Assembly (NCBI GenBank): GCA_965201075.1
Contig: CBDAVP010000002.1
Span: 1 to 64,000, forward strand
DNA from: Isosphaeraceae bacterium
Lineage (GTDB): Bacteria; Planctomycetota; Planctomycetia; Isosphaerales; Isosphaeraceae
Direction: 5' to 3'
Length of the DNA: 64,000 nucleotides
Of the stretch, positions 39,661 through 49,502 are shown one piece after another (positions within the stretch are counted from its first letter, which is position 1; each line of letters starts with the position of its first letter). The position numbers were made by a program, and so were the translations under genes. The notes beneath the pieces were generated by a model. That model worked only from the letters and a program-made list of their open reading frames with translations, had not been told where the DNA came from and did not search any database.

Positions 39661-40254
39661 ATGAACGAGCCGTTGCTCGAAATCACGCTCTCCCCGAGAT
39701 TCTGCCCACGTTGCCGGGAGACCTCGCCGACTGGTGCGTTGCTTTGCCCTCGTTGTGGGGATCGCGTGCGGGATCAAGGGTTCTGCGGGGTTTGTGACGA
39801 CTTTTGGCTGAGAGAGGTCGGCGAGCCCTGCCCCAAGCACGAAATCCCCCTGGAGGATCGCTGGGACGAATCGCCGCCGTTTCTCGATGCTGACGCCGAT
39901 TGGGTCACGGTGGGGTCGTTCGCCTCGTCCGCCGAGGCCGAGGTGCGGAGGATCCGGCTGGAGGCCGAGGGGATTCCCACATTCCTGGATGGCCAGAGGA
40001 TGGGAATGATTTATGACGCGGCCACGGGCGGCGTGAAGCTCCAGGTGCCCGGGCCTCTCGTGGCCGAGGCCCGCGTTCTGCTGGACCAATCGTGGGCGTC
40101 GCCGCCACGGGTTGACGACCTTGAGGATGCCTGGGACGATCTGGAAGGCTCGACTCGGGTGAGTTTGAACGCGAAGTCTGGTCTGAAGATGCTGCTTTGG
40201 GCCTGGCTCGTGGTGTCGCTGGTCGTGGTCCTGGCCTCGTTGCTGGGCCGGTGA
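39661..40254 (+). CDS. Zinc-ribbon plus DUF2007-like membrane-anchored protein
   Basis: CPRC, CPRC, CGVC, CPKH; EAE...LEAEGIP...GGVKLQV; C-terminal TM. Confidence 0.72.
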   Translation: MNEPLLEITLSPRFCPRCRETSPTGALLCPRCGDRVRDQGFCGVCDDFWLREVGEPCPKHEIPLEDRWDESPPFLDADADWVTVGSFASSAEAEVRRIRLEAEGIPTFLDGQRMGMIYDAATGGVKLQVPGPLVAEARVLLDQSWASPPRVDDLEDAWDDLEGSTRVSLNAKSGLKMLLWAWLVVSLVVVLASLLGR

Positions 40255-40287
40255 ACACGGGGTGAATACCCTGCGGCCACGAAACGT

Positions 40288-40315
40288 TTGACTCGGGAAG
40301 CTGGCACGGTAGGAT
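40288..40315 (+). promoter_or_regulatory. Candidate sigma-70 promoter for the tat genes
   Basis: TTGACT-16 nt-TAGGAT. Confidence 0.45.
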
Positions 40316-40480
40316 AAAGAGTACGAACCTCCCCCGCGTCGTCCCCGTCGAGACGCCTGGGCCCGGCCACTGCCGATCTGTCGGCTCGCGGCCAAGTGCA
40401 GCCCCATGCCGTGCCCCACCGCCCGCGTTTCCCAACACGATTGACCCCCGCGCCACGCGCCGGTCGGGAGACGGCCCACG

Positions 40481-40762
40481 ATGAGCCGACCCGTGGTCCC
40501 CTGGGCCTTTCTGGGCCTGTTGACCGGGCCCGGCAAACTGATGGTCGTTGTCGTCGTGGGCCTGATGCTTTTCGGGCGGGTGGGCGTTCTGCGACACCTG
40601 GCCCCGCGGTCGCTGAGACCGTTTCTGGGAGCAATCCCCTGGGAACGGTGGATACCTCGGGTTGGCCCCAGGGGTCGCCTTGCTCTGAAAGTGTTGGCCT
40701 GGGTCGCCCTGGCGGCCTGGGTGGCAACCCGTATGACCCGGATCGGCTCTCCGCCGACCTGA
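40481..40762 (+). CDS. Small membrane protein with TatA-like N-terminus
   Basis: GPGKLMVVVVVGLMLFG, second TM at the C-terminus. Confidence 0.5.
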   Translation: MSRPVVPWAFLGLLTGPGKLMVVVVVGLMLFGRVGVLRHLAPRSLRPFLGAIPWERWIPRVGPRGRLALKVLAWVALAAWVATRMTRIGSPPT

Positions 40763-40835
40763 CCGATCACCGCCAAATCGTCCCGATTTTTCCCGGGGAC
40801 CCTCCCCCTTTGCCCCAATTTCGAGGAGCCCGACG

Positions 40836-41060
40836 ATGATGACGATGCCGCTGGCCTTCCTGCAGAACCTGGGCATGCCCGAGATGATGGTCTTCGGGAT
40901 GATTGCCCTGCTGCTGTTTGGCAACCGCCTGCCCAGCGTGATGCGGTCCCTGGGCAAGAGCGTGACCGAGTTCAAGGCGGGGATGAAGGAGATCACCGAC
41001 GAGCCGGACCCCACCCTCGCAACCGAGAAGAAGGCGCCGACCACCCCCGAAGCCCGCTGA
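40836..41060 (+). CDS. tatA: Twin-arginine translocase TatA/E subunit
   Basis: LGMPE...LLLFGNRLPSVMRSLGKSVTEFK. Confidence 0.9.
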   Translation: MMTMPLAFLQNLGMPEMMVFGMIALLLFGNRLPSVMRSLGKSVTEFKAGMKEITDEPDPTLATEKKAPTTPEAR

Positions 41061-41113
41061 TCCCCCCCTCTTACCCGACCGGATCGATTCCGCGAGTTCC
41101 TGGAGGTTTGACC

Positions 41114-41413
41114 ATGTTTCCCAGCCTCGGCCCGCCCGAGATGCTGTTCTTGATGGTGATCGCGGTCTTGTTGTTCGGCAAACGGCTGCCCGAAATCGGC
41201 CGTTCGCTGGGCAAGGGGATCGTGGAGTTCAAGAAGGGTTTGAACGGTCTTCAGGATGAGTTCCACTCGGTCCGTTCCGAGGTGACCTCCATTTCCAGCT
41301 ATCACGACGAGCCGGCCCTGGTATCGGCCCCCGCCGCTCCGGTGGTGCCGAAGTTCGAGCCGCCTACCTCGGCGCCAGTGGTTCGCGTGGATGGGCCCGA
41401 AGCCCGGTCTTGA
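41114..41413 (+). CDS. tatA: Twin-arginine translocase TatA/B subunit
   Basis: LGPPE...LLFGKRLPEIGRSLGKGIVEFKKG, longer Pro-rich tail; GGAGG RBS. Confidence 0.88.
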   Translation: MFPSLGPPEMLFLMVIAVLLFGKRLPEIGRSLGKGIVEFKKGLNGLQDEFHSVRSEVTSISSYHDEPALVSAPAAPVVPKFEPPTSAPVVRVDGPEARS

Positions 41414-41428
41414 GGGGTGGTTGCGGCC

Positions 41429-42103
41429 TCAGTCGCTGGGATGGCCCTGGCCGACGATTAACACTTCGAGAGTCCGGGGTCCGTGGACGCCTTCGACCCG
41501 GTTCAGTTCGATATCGGAGGTGGCGGAGGGGCCAGAGATCCAGGTTTGGGGATGACCTGGAGCCTGGGCACCGTCTCGCAGGCGGGCGACGGCCTCGGGG
41601 ACCGTTCCGACGACCTGGTGTTCCTCGACGATGCAGAGGTGATAGTCCGGCAGGAGCGTCAGGACTCGCCGCCCCTGACGGGGGCCGGCGTCGAGGACGA
41701 TCGTCCCAGTCTGGGCGATCCCCAGGGCGCAGGCGGTCAATACTCCGTCGCAGCTTTCAAGTTGGTCGATGGTCAGCCCTGGGTCTCGGAGAATCTCGAT
41801 GTGAGAGGGGAGCCATTCGCCCGGGAGGTCGGCCGGGACCGCCAGGCGTTGGAGTCCTCGGCGGGCGCAGGCATCGGCGATGGCCTGGTTGAGCGTCTCG
41901 GGTCGAACCCGGTGGACCTGGGCCTTGTAGTCGGCGACTCGCTCGTGGAAGCGGTCGAGAATGACGGAACGGTCCGTACCGATGGGCTCGGTCCGGTCGT
42001 AGTCTCGGCGGACGATCACGGCCTCGGCGGTCTCGGAGGGGGGGACGTCGGAGAGGGCCTTGCGGATGCGGTCGAGGATGGCGTCCCTGGCGGTGGTGGT
42101 CAT
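41429..42103 (-). CDS. lutC: Lactate utilization protein C (LUD domain)
   Basis: ARDAILDRI, IAQTGT, RVLTLLP, ISGPSATSDIE..RVEGVHGP. Confidence 0.92.
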   Translation of the reverse strand: MTTTARDAILDRIRKALSDVPPSETAEAVIVRRDYDRTEPIGTDRSVILDRFHERVADYKAQVHRVRPETLNQAIADACARRGLQRLAVPADLPGEWLPSHIEILRDPGLTIDQLESCDGVLTACALGIAQTGTIVLDAGPRQGRRVLTLLPDYHLCIVEEHQVVGTVPEAVARLRDGAQAPGHPQTWISGPSATSDIELNRVEGVHGPRTLEVLIVGQGHPSD

Positions 42104-43536
42104 GGTCGGGTTTTCCACCAGTCTCGGAAGCTTTGGGGGGCAACCGGGTAAACGTCGCGCATCGCGGTCCAGTTGCCGAGCTGGCCGGGGAGGTGGTCGA
42201 TGAAGCCGTTCCGCACGACCAGCTTCTGGCCCATGCGTCCGAGCTTCTGGGCCCGTTCGTAGCGGCCCCGGCTGGTGAAGGTGCGGGCCAGGACCTTCAT
42301 GGCGACGGCTTCGGGCTCGGGCAGGTGCATGCCGCCCCGGTCCTGTTTGTGGCGAACAACCTCGCCCCGGAGGTGGATCAGAACCTCGGGGATGTTGATC
42401 TTCACTGGGCAGACCTCGTAGCAGGCTCCGCAAAGCGACGAGGCGTAGGGCAGTGAGCCGGCGTTCTCGACTCCGCTGAGTTGGGGGGTGAGAATGGCGC
42501 CGATGGGGCCAGGGTAGACGGAGTTGTAGGCGTGACCGCCAGTTCGTTCGTAAACGGGGCAGATGTTGAGGCAGGCGCTGCAGCGGATGCAGTAGAGGGC
42601 CTGGCGGCCGATCGGGTCGGCCAGGACTTTCGTGCGGCCGTTGTCGAGCAGGATCAGGTGGAAATGCTTCGGGCCATCGCCGGGGGTGACGCCGGTCCAG
42701 AGCGAGGTGTAGGGGTTCATCCGCTCGCCGGTCGAGGAGCGGGGCAGCACCTGGAGGAAGACCTCGAAGTCTTGCCAGGAGGGGATGAGTTTTTCGATCC
42801 CCATGATCGAGACGAGGACGTCGGGGAGGGTCAGGCACATCCGGCCGTTCCCCTCGGATTCAACGATGCAGACCGAACCGGTCTCGGCCACGCCGAAATT
42901 GGCGCCACTGACGGCCATGCGGGCGGCCAGGAACTTGCGGCGGAGGTGGGTGCGGGCGGCGGCGGCAAGCTCCTTGGGTTCGTCGCTGAGGTTGTCGAGG
43001 CCGAACTTGCGGCGGAACAACTCGCGGATCTCAGCGCGATTCTTGTGGATTGCCGGGACGAGGATGTGCGACGAGCGGTCCTCGGCCAGTTGAATGATGA
43101 GTTCGGCCAGGTCGGTCTCGGTGGCCTCGATTCCCCAGTCGGCCAGGGCGTCGTTGAGACCGATCTCGTCGGTGGTCAAAGACTTGATCTTGACCACGTC
43201 CTTGATGGAGTGCTGGCGGGCGATCTCGACGACAATCCGGTTGGCCTCGGCCGCGTCGCGGGCCCAGTGGACGACGCCACCGTTGCGGGTGACCGAGGCT
43301 TCCAGTTGCAGGAGATAATCGTCGAGGTGACGGAGGGTCCGCTCCTTGATGGCGCGACCGGCTTCGCGGAGAGCTTGCCAGTCGGGCATCTCGTCGACGA
43401 CGGCGGCGCGTTTGCCTCGGATCGTCTGGGTGGCCTTGCCCATGTTGCGGCGCAACTGGGTGTTGCCCAGCGCGACCTTGGCGGCGTCCTCGAAGCGGAC
43501 AGCGGGGCGGGTCGGCAAGGGCTCGAAGTTCTTCAT
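42100..43536 (-). CDS. lutB: Lactate utilization Fe-S protein B
   Basis: ETDLAE, SHILVPAIH, ESEGN, CIRCSACLNICPVY, SSLCGACYEVCPV. Confidence 0.95.
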   Translation of the reverse strand: MKNFEPLPTRPAVRFEDAAKVALGNTQLRRNMGKATQTIRGKRAAVVDEMPDWQALREAGRAIKERTLRHLDDYLLQLEASVTRNGGVVHWARDAAEANRIVVEIARQHSIKDVVKIKSLTTDEIGLNDALADWGIEATETDLAELIIQLAEDRSSHILVPAIHKNRAEIRELFRRKFGLDNLSDEPKELAAAARTHLRRKFLAARMAVSGANFGVAETGSVCIVESEGNGRMCLTLPDVLVSIMGIEKLIPSWQDFEVFLQVLPRSSTGERMNPYTSLWTGVTPGDGPKHFHLILLDNGRTKVLADPIGRQALYCIRCSACLNICPVYERTGGHAYNSVYPGPIGAILTPQLSGVENAGSLPYASSLCGACYEVCPVKINIPEVLIHLRGEVVRHKQDRGGMHLPEPEAVAMKVLARTFTSRGRYERAQKLGRMGQKLVVRNGFIDHLPGQLGNWTAMRDVYPVAPQSFRDWWKTRP

Positions 43537-44276
43537 GAGACGCCTTCCGACTCGGTGTGAGCCAGGACTTCGGCCAGGTGGATCGTGCCAACCCCCGCCC
43601 TTTGACGATGCAAGGCTCCGCCGATGTGCATCAGGCAGGAGTTATCGCCCGCGATGCAAAATTCGGCGTGAGTGTCGAGGATGCCGCGAAGCTTGTCGCC
43701 GAGCATGGCCATCGAGGTGTCGCCGTTCTTGACCGCGAACGTGCCGCCGAAGCCGCAACACTGATCGGCCCCGGGGAGGTCCACCAGGTCAAGGCCCCGG
43801 ACGGCTTTCAGGAGCCGCAGAGGGGCATCGCCGACGTGGATCATCCGCAGGGAGTGGCAGGTGGGGTGATAGGTCGCCCGATGGGGAAAGTAGGCGCCGA
43901 CGTCCTCGACGCCCAGCTTCTTGACCAGAAATTCGGAGAGTTCAAAGACCCGGGGGATCAGGGCGGCGACGGCCTCGCCTAGCTTTGCGTCACCGGCGAT
44001 CTCGGCGGCGCGGGGGTAGAGGTCGCGGACCATGCCGACGCAGGAGGCCGAGGGGGAGACCACGACCTCGGCGTCGCCGAAGACCTCGACGAACCGCCGA
44101 ACCAGGGGGATCGCCTCCCGCTGGTAGCCGGTGTTGAAGTGCATCTGGCCGCAGCAGGTCTGGTCGGCCGGAAACTCAACGCGATGTCCCAATCGTTCGA
44201 GGAGTCGGACCACCGCGCGGCCGGTCCCTGGGAAGATCGTGTCGTTGAAGCAGGTGATGAACAGGGAGACTCTCAT
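43533..44276 (-). CDS. lutA: Lactate utilization protein A (CCG domains)
   Basis: FITC, QTCCGQ, HPTCH, CCGFGGTF, SCLMHI. Confidence 0.94.
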   Translation of the reverse strand: MRVSLFITCFNDTIFPGTGRAVVRLLERLGHRVEFPADQTCCGQMHFNTGYQREAIPLVRRFVEVFGDAEVVVSPSASCVGMVRDLYPRAAEIAGDAKLGEAVAALIPRVFELSEFLVKKLGVEDVGAYFPHRATYHPTCHSLRMIHVGDAPLRLLKAVRGLDLVDLPGADQCCGFGGTFAVKNGDTSMAMLGDKLRGILDTHAEFCIAGDNSCLMHIGGALHRQRAGVGTIHLAEVLAHTESEGVS

Positions 44277-44372
44277 GCGATCGGGTCGACTCCGAGATCA
44301 GGTCCGAGGCGGCGGAGCGGACCTTGAATTTTCGCGGCCTCTCCGGACTGAGGATGCGCGAATGGGGTTGGT

Positions 44373-47300
44373 TCAGGGGGTTGCGTGGTGGTCGTGCCCG
44401 CCACGGTAGGACGGATGATTACGGTCGCCGCGGGCGGCCAGGAAGGCCAGGAGGTCGAGGACTTCCTCGCGGGTCAGCTTGTCGAGCAGCCCCTTGGGCA
44501 TGATCGAGGTCGTCGAGGGTTGCCGCTCGCTGATCTCGGATTTGTCCAAAACGACCGGCTCGGCGCGGGCGAGAGGATTCTCCGAGACCTTGACCCGGGT
44601 CGGGGTTTCCTCAAGGACCAGGCCGGTGACGACCCGGCCCGATTCCAGCGCGAAGGTGTGCGAGCGGTACTTGTCGTCGATCGTCTCGGACGGTTCGAGG
44701 AGGCTTTTGAGGATCGCCTCGGGCGCGACCTTGGCGTCGAGCTTGGACAGGTCGGGGCCGATCTCGACCCCCTGCCCTCCGAGGCGGTGGCAGGAGACGC
44801 AGGCCGCCGTCTGGAATGCCTTGAATCCCGCGTCGGCGGACCGGCCGTGGTTGAGGTGGGCGAGGTCGGTCGACAGGTCGGCTAGGGTCCAGGCCCGTCG
44901 GGTGCGGTTCTGGGCGAGCAATTCATCTCGGGTGGGGGTTGGGTGGTTGACCAGGTAGGCGTCGGGGTCGGCGAGATAGGCGTCGAGGTCGGCGACGACC
45001 AGCAGGGCGCCGTACATTCGCCGCCAGTGGCCGGGGTAGGTGCATACGTAGGGATAAACGCCCGGCTCGTTGGGGACCTGGAAGTCGAGCGCCTGGGAGT
45101 CGGTCGGCTGGAGGAGGCGGCTGGCCACGAGGACCTGGTCGGAGCGGGGGACGTAGTCCCGGGCGGGGGCGTCGGGTTGGGTTCCGGTGGATTCGGCCAG
45201 GAGGCCGATGGTTTCGAGCGAGCCGGGGCGGGTGACGACGAAGTTGTGCGGCATATTGTCGCCGTTCTCGAAGGCGAATTGCACGGGTCGGCCCGCCTGG
45301 ACGACGACCTGGTCCTGGTCGTAACGCATCTGGTCGAAGACGGTGCCGATGCGGATGACCCGGACGCCGAGTTCCCCCAGGGTTTTGCGGACGTTTCGAG
45401 CCCGTTCGGGAGGGAGGAGTGGGGCGAGGGAGTCGACCAGCAGGAAGGTGTCGCGGGCCGAGGCGGAGGCGCGAGCGGGTGCGTCAAGTTGGCCGAGTCG
45501 GGCCAGGAGGGCGTCGGTCGTTGCGGCGACCTCGGCCGGGGGCCAGTCATTGGTCGGGATGCGGCGGAGGGCCTGGATCGCGCCGGCGGGGTCGGCTCCG
45601 TCGCGGGCGGCTCGGGCCAGGAGGGGGACGACCTCCGGGGCGTGGCCCGGAATGGTGGCGAGGGCAAGCATCGCGGCTCGATGAATGGCCGATTTGGCGT
45701 TGGGATCCTGGACGTCGAGCGTGGTTTTCAGGTCGGGGGCTGGGAGCTTGTCCCAGGTCGCGACGACCCGGCGTTGGCCATCGAGGACGCGGACCGAGAA
45801 CCCTTCTAGCCGGGGCTGGAACCCCTCTCCACGGTTGGCGATGACGATGCGGTCGAGGGGGAAGTCGTCGCCCAGGTCGACCTCCCACCAGGGATTCGTG
45901 ACGCCTTCCTCGGTATGGGTTTGGCCGCCCTGGCCGTAGACGGGGTCGGCGTTGCCATCGATGCCGCGAGCGGCGTCCCCGCCATAAGCGGTGGAGGATT
46001 GCCTGGACTGTCCCTGGCGGGCGACGTTGCGGCCACCACTATAGGCTTCAACCTCGGCGAGGGTCAGGACTCGCCCCGATCCCGGCAACTCGACGCGGAC
46101 ATATCGGCCGGCGATTGGCGGGTCGCCAGCGTCGCGGTCCAGGAGCGGGCGGACCCGTTCGTACAGGGTTTCGAGGAGGGACGGGTTATGGGTCAACGGG
46201 ACGGCGGCGAGGAAATCCTTCAGGGCGGCTGGGCCTGCCTGCGCGAGCGTCCAGGCGAGGTCAGATCCGCCGTCGGCATCGATCAAAGCGGCGAAGGCCC
46301 GTTCGCGAGTGAGGGGAGATTGTCCGTGGGTGGCGAGTTTCTGAAGAAGTGGGCGGGCCTGGGCGACCTCGGCGGCGGGACGGGCGGCGAGAAGGCGGGC
46401 GAGGTCGAGGACGACGCTGGGGTCGGGGGCGTTCCTGGCCTCGTCGAGGGAGCGAATCGCTTCCAGGATGACGGTGGCTTCGCTCTGGGAGGATCGACGG
46501 GCGAGGTCGGCGGTGGCGTCCTGCCGGGTCGCGTCGAGGACCCCCTTGCGCATCAGCAGGACCAGGTCGATCCCCCGGGAGCGGGGCAGTTTGAGGAGTT
46601 CCTCGGTGGCGACCCCCTGGAACAGGAAGCGAGCGCCGGCGTCGCTGGTGACGGCCGGCGGGTGGCCCGAGGCGATGGCGGCCTTCCAGATCGGTTCCAG
46701 GGCCTTCATCGTCTCGTTGCGAACGAAGTCGAGGGCGTCGTCGGAGGGGAGTTCGGCGGCGATCAAAGGGACTTCCACTGCGTCGGCCGTTTTGAAGAAG
46801 CTGGCGCCTCGGACGGCCTCCAGGCGGACGCGCATGTCGGGGTCGGCCGCCAAGGTCTTGAGCCGGGAGAGGGAGTCGGAGATGTATTCCCGGGCGTAGC
46901 TGAGGATGCGAGTCGCGGCGGCCCGGGCATGGGGGTCGCGGGCGTGGAGGGCATGTTCGAGCGGCGTTGCGTGAACCAACTGGTCGAGCTGTGAGACGCC
47001 AACGACGTTGTGGTTCTGCTGGACCCAGAGGGCTTCGAGGATGTGGTGGTCGTAATTTGGGTCGGCGCGATCCAGGCCGTTCACCCACCCGGCCACTGCC
47101 GTCAGAACCTCGGCGGTGGGCCTTGCCCCGAGTTCGATTCGGACGCGGTAGCGGACGCGATCCTGGGGCGACTTCAAGAGGTCGAGCAGCTTCGCGACTG
47201 GCTGCCCGGCGATCTCGTCGGGCTTCTGGAGCGGGCGGCCCTCGGCGGTGACCCGGTAGATCCGGCCGTGGATTCGGTCTCGGCTGGGGTCTCGGAGGTT

Positions 47301-49379
47301 GTGCTGCATGTGGCCGATGATCGGGTTTTGCCAGTCGAGGAAGTACAGGGAACCGTCAGGGGCAATCTCCAGGTCGGAGGGGCGGAAGTTCTCGTCGGTG
47401 GAGGAGAGGATCGGCTCGGCCTCGGTGCCGGCGATCGTCGAGCCCTTGTCGGCAAGCTTGTACCTGAGGATTCCCTGGAAGCCGATGACGTTGCCGACCA
47501 GAAGGTCGCCCTGAAAGTCGTCCGGGAAGTGGCTCGAGGAGAGAATCTCGATCGCGGGACAGGGGCGGGTGCGCTGCTTGTAGAGGGTCGGCGGTCGCGG
47601 GTGCTTGCGGGGGTAGTCGATGTGACCGGAGAACAGGGCTCCGTCGAAGGGGTCGGACATCGTGCCGTCGGTGATGATGTCGCGGCCCCAGCGGTCGAAG
47701 GCGTGGCCGTGGGGGTTGGCGAAGGCGTAGGTCACGTAGACGTCGAACTTCTGGGTGCGGGGCTCGTAGCGGTAGACCCCGGCGTTGATGTTGCGGACCG
47801 GCGGACCGTAGGGGGTCTCGACCTGGGTGTGGTGGAAAGTCCCTTCCTGAAAGTAGAGGGCGCCGCCGGGGTCGAGCTGGAAGCTGTTGGCCGTGTGGTG
47901 AGTGTCGGCGGTGTCGAGCCCGCTGAGGATGATCTGGCGGGTGTCGGCCTTGTCGTCGCCGTCGGTGTCCCGGAGGAAGACGAGGTCGGGGGCCTGGGCG
48001 ACGATCACGCCGCCCCCGGAGAACTCGAAGCCGGTGGTGCAGTGCAGGTGGTCGGCGAAGGTCTTGACCTTGTCGGCCTTTCCGTCGCCGTCGGTGTCCT
48101 CGAAGATCAAGAGCTTGTCGTCCATCGCCTCCTTGGGCTTCGCGTGCGGGTAGGTCGGCCAAACGGCGACCCAGAGTCGCCCCTTGGCGTCGAACGACAT
48201 CTGGACCGGCTTGGCGAGTTCGGGGAAGCGTTCCTCGGAGGCGAACAGGTTGACCTTGAGCCCCTTGGCGACCGTCATCTTGCCGATGGCTTCCTCGCCC
48301 CCGAGGAACACGTGTTCGCCGTTGGGCCCCTTGCCTGGCTTGTTGGTTTTGACCGGGATGAATGGTGGGGTGTTGGAGTCGTCGACCTTGAGGTCGCGCT
48401 CCTGGGCGACGGCCCAGAGGCGGGCGTCGCGGTTGGTGGTCATCACGTCGAGGACTTCCAGCTCCCGCTGAGCGACCTCGAAATTGGTCTGCCCGTCGGT
48501 GAACTTCAGGAAGGCCCGCTCGCCAAACATCGAGTAGCCGTCGACGGTCCGGTAGCGGTTGTACCAGGTGAAATTCTTGTCGAGGGCGGCCTGGCGGATC
48601 GCTTCCAGGCGCTCGGGCGTGCGGCCGGCGGGCTCGTCGGGGCCGAACAAGGCGCGGTCGATAACCTGGGCGATCTGGCGATTCCCGTCCGGCGTCGGGT
48701 GGATGCCGTTGGTCGTGAGCGGGGTCTTGGATGCGGTGGTGTAAGATGCGGCGTAGAGGTCGAGGGTGGGGTGGAACAGGTCGACGAACGCCGCGCCGTT
48801 GGCCGCGGCGACCTCGGCCATGACCTTCGCATAAGCTTCGCGGTTCACGTTGTCGGCTACGCCGTCGGGAAAGAGCCGTTCGTGCCGGTTTTCGTGGGCG
48901 ATCGGCGACCCGAGGACGACGCGGGGGGCCGACTTCCCGTTGAATTTCTGGGCCAGGAGGTGCTTGAGGTAGTTGTCCAGCGAGGCCCGGAATGCTTCGA
49001 GTCCTTCGGGACCGGCGTGGGCTTCGTTCGAGCCGAAAAATGCCAGGATGACGTCGGCCTTGACGGTATTGAGCCAGTGGTCGGGCGTGCCGAAGTTCAT
49101 CGAGCGGAGGCGGATTTCGACCTCATCTCCCGAGAAGCCGAGGTCGCGGATGGTCAGGTCGTGCATCGGGAACCGGCTGATGAGGTAGGCGTCGAGCCAG
49201 GCGTCGCGCTGCATCCGATCGGCGAGGGTGTTGCCGACGATCGCGACGTGGTCCCCTTTCTGAATTTCCAGACGAGCGGGAATCGTCTGGGCATCGTCGG
49301 CCTGGGCCGAGAATCCGGCCAGGCCGAATCCGACGGTCATGACGAGAAACGCCAGTCTCATCCTTGGTGGGAAACGCAT
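44373..49379 (-). CDS. Giant PVC-type heme-binding protein: SGNH, dehydrogenase-like propeller, HEAT, F-type lectin/discoidin, cupredoxin, cytochrome c
   Basis: Signal peptide; GNTLA/GFSGD/NGIHP; DTDGDGKAD; HEAT repeats; PWWEVDLG; MPHN...CTYPGHWRRM; CVSCH...SIMP. Confidence 0.88.
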   Translation of the reverse strand: MRFPPRMRLAFLVMTVGFGLAGFSAQADDAQTIPARLEIQKGDHVAIVGNTLADRMQRDAWLDAYLISRFPMHDLTIRDLGFSGDEVEIRLRSMNFGTPDHWLNTVKADVILAFFGSNEAHAGPEGLEAFRASLDNYLKHLLAQKFNGKSAPRVVLGSPIAHENRHERLFPDGVADNVNREAYAKVMAEVAAANGAAFVDLFHPTLDLYAASYTTASKTPLTTNGIHPTPDGNRQIAQVIDRALFGPDEPAGRTPERLEAIRQAALDKNFTWYNRYRTVDGYSMFGERAFLKFTDGQTNFEVAQRELEVLDVMTTNRDARLWAVAQERDLKVDDSNTPPFIPVKTNKPGKGPNGEHVFLGGEEAIGKMTVAKGLKVNLFASEERFPELAKPVQMSFDAKGRLWVAVWPTYPHAKPKEAMDDKLLIFEDTDGDGKADKVKTFADHLHCTTGFEFSGGGVIVAQAPDLVFLRDTDGDDKADTRQIILSGLDTADTHHTANSFQLDPGGALYFQEGTFHHTQVETPYGPPVRNINAGVYRYEPRTQKFDVYVTYAFANPHGHAFDRWGRDIITDGTMSDPFDGALFSGHIDYPRKHPRPPTLYKQRTRPCPAIEILSSSHFPDDFQGDLLVGNVIGFQGILRYKLADKGSTIAGTEAEPILSSTDENFRPSDLEIAPDGSLYFLDWQNPIIGHMQHNLRDPSRDRIHGRIYRVTAEGRPLQKPDEIAGQPVAKLLDLLKSPQDRVRYRVRIELGARPTAEVLTAVAGWVNGLDRADPNYDHHILEALWVQQNHNVVGVSQLDQLVHATPLEHALHARDPHARAAATRILSYAREYISDSLSRLKTLAADPDMRVRLEAVRGASFFKTADAVEVPLIAAELPSDDALDFVRNETMKALEPIWKAAIASGHPPAVTSDAGARFLFQGVATEELLKLPRSRGIDLVLLMRKGVLDATRQDATADLARRSSQSEATVILEAIRSLDEARNAPDPSVVLDLARLLAARPAAEVAQARPLLQKLATHGQSPLTRERAFAALIDADGGSDLAWTLAQAGPAALKDFLAAVPLTHNPSLLETLYERVRPLLDRDAGDPPIAGRYVRVELPGSGRVLTLAEVEAYSGGRNVARQGQSRQSSTAYGGDAARGIDGNADPVYGQGGQTHTEEGVTNPWWEVDLGDDFPLDRIVIANRGEGFQPRLEGFSVRVLDGQRRVVATWDKLPAPDLKTTLDVQDPNAKSAIHRAAMLALATIPGHAPEVVPLLARAARDGADPAGAIQALRRIPTNDWPPAEVAATTDALLARLGQLDAPARASASARDTFLLVDSLAPLLPPERARNVRKTLGELGVRVIRIGTVFDQMRYDQDQVVVQAGRPVQFAFENGDNMPHNFVVTRPGSLETIGLLAESTGTQPDAPARDYVPRSDQVLVASRLLQPTDSQALDFQVPNEPGVYPYVCTYPGHWRRMYGALLVVADLDAYLADPDAYLVNHPTPTRDELLAQNRTRRAWTLADLSTDLAHLNHGRSADAGFKAFQTAACVSCHRLGGQGVEIGPDLSKLDAKVAPEAILKSLLEPSETIDDKYRSHTFALESGRVVTGLVLEETPTRVKVSENPLARAEPVVLDKSEISERQPSTTSIMPKGLLDKLTREEVLDLLAFLAARGDRNHPSYRGGHDHHATP

Positions 49380-49502
49380 GGAAAAGGTCTCGGAGGACGT
49401 GGACCGTCCGCTTCCCAAACGTGCGGGAGTTCGGGTCGCAAGGCCCGATTACACCCGAGCGGCCGGGGGGCGGCAAGGCTCGGACCTCGCCCGCGGGTCG
49501 CG

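Noticed and set aside
40302..40316. TGGCACG, a perfect sigma-54 -24 box upstream of the tat genes
   Set aside because: No GC at -12 (reads TA); it sits in the spacer of a better sigma-70-like promoter
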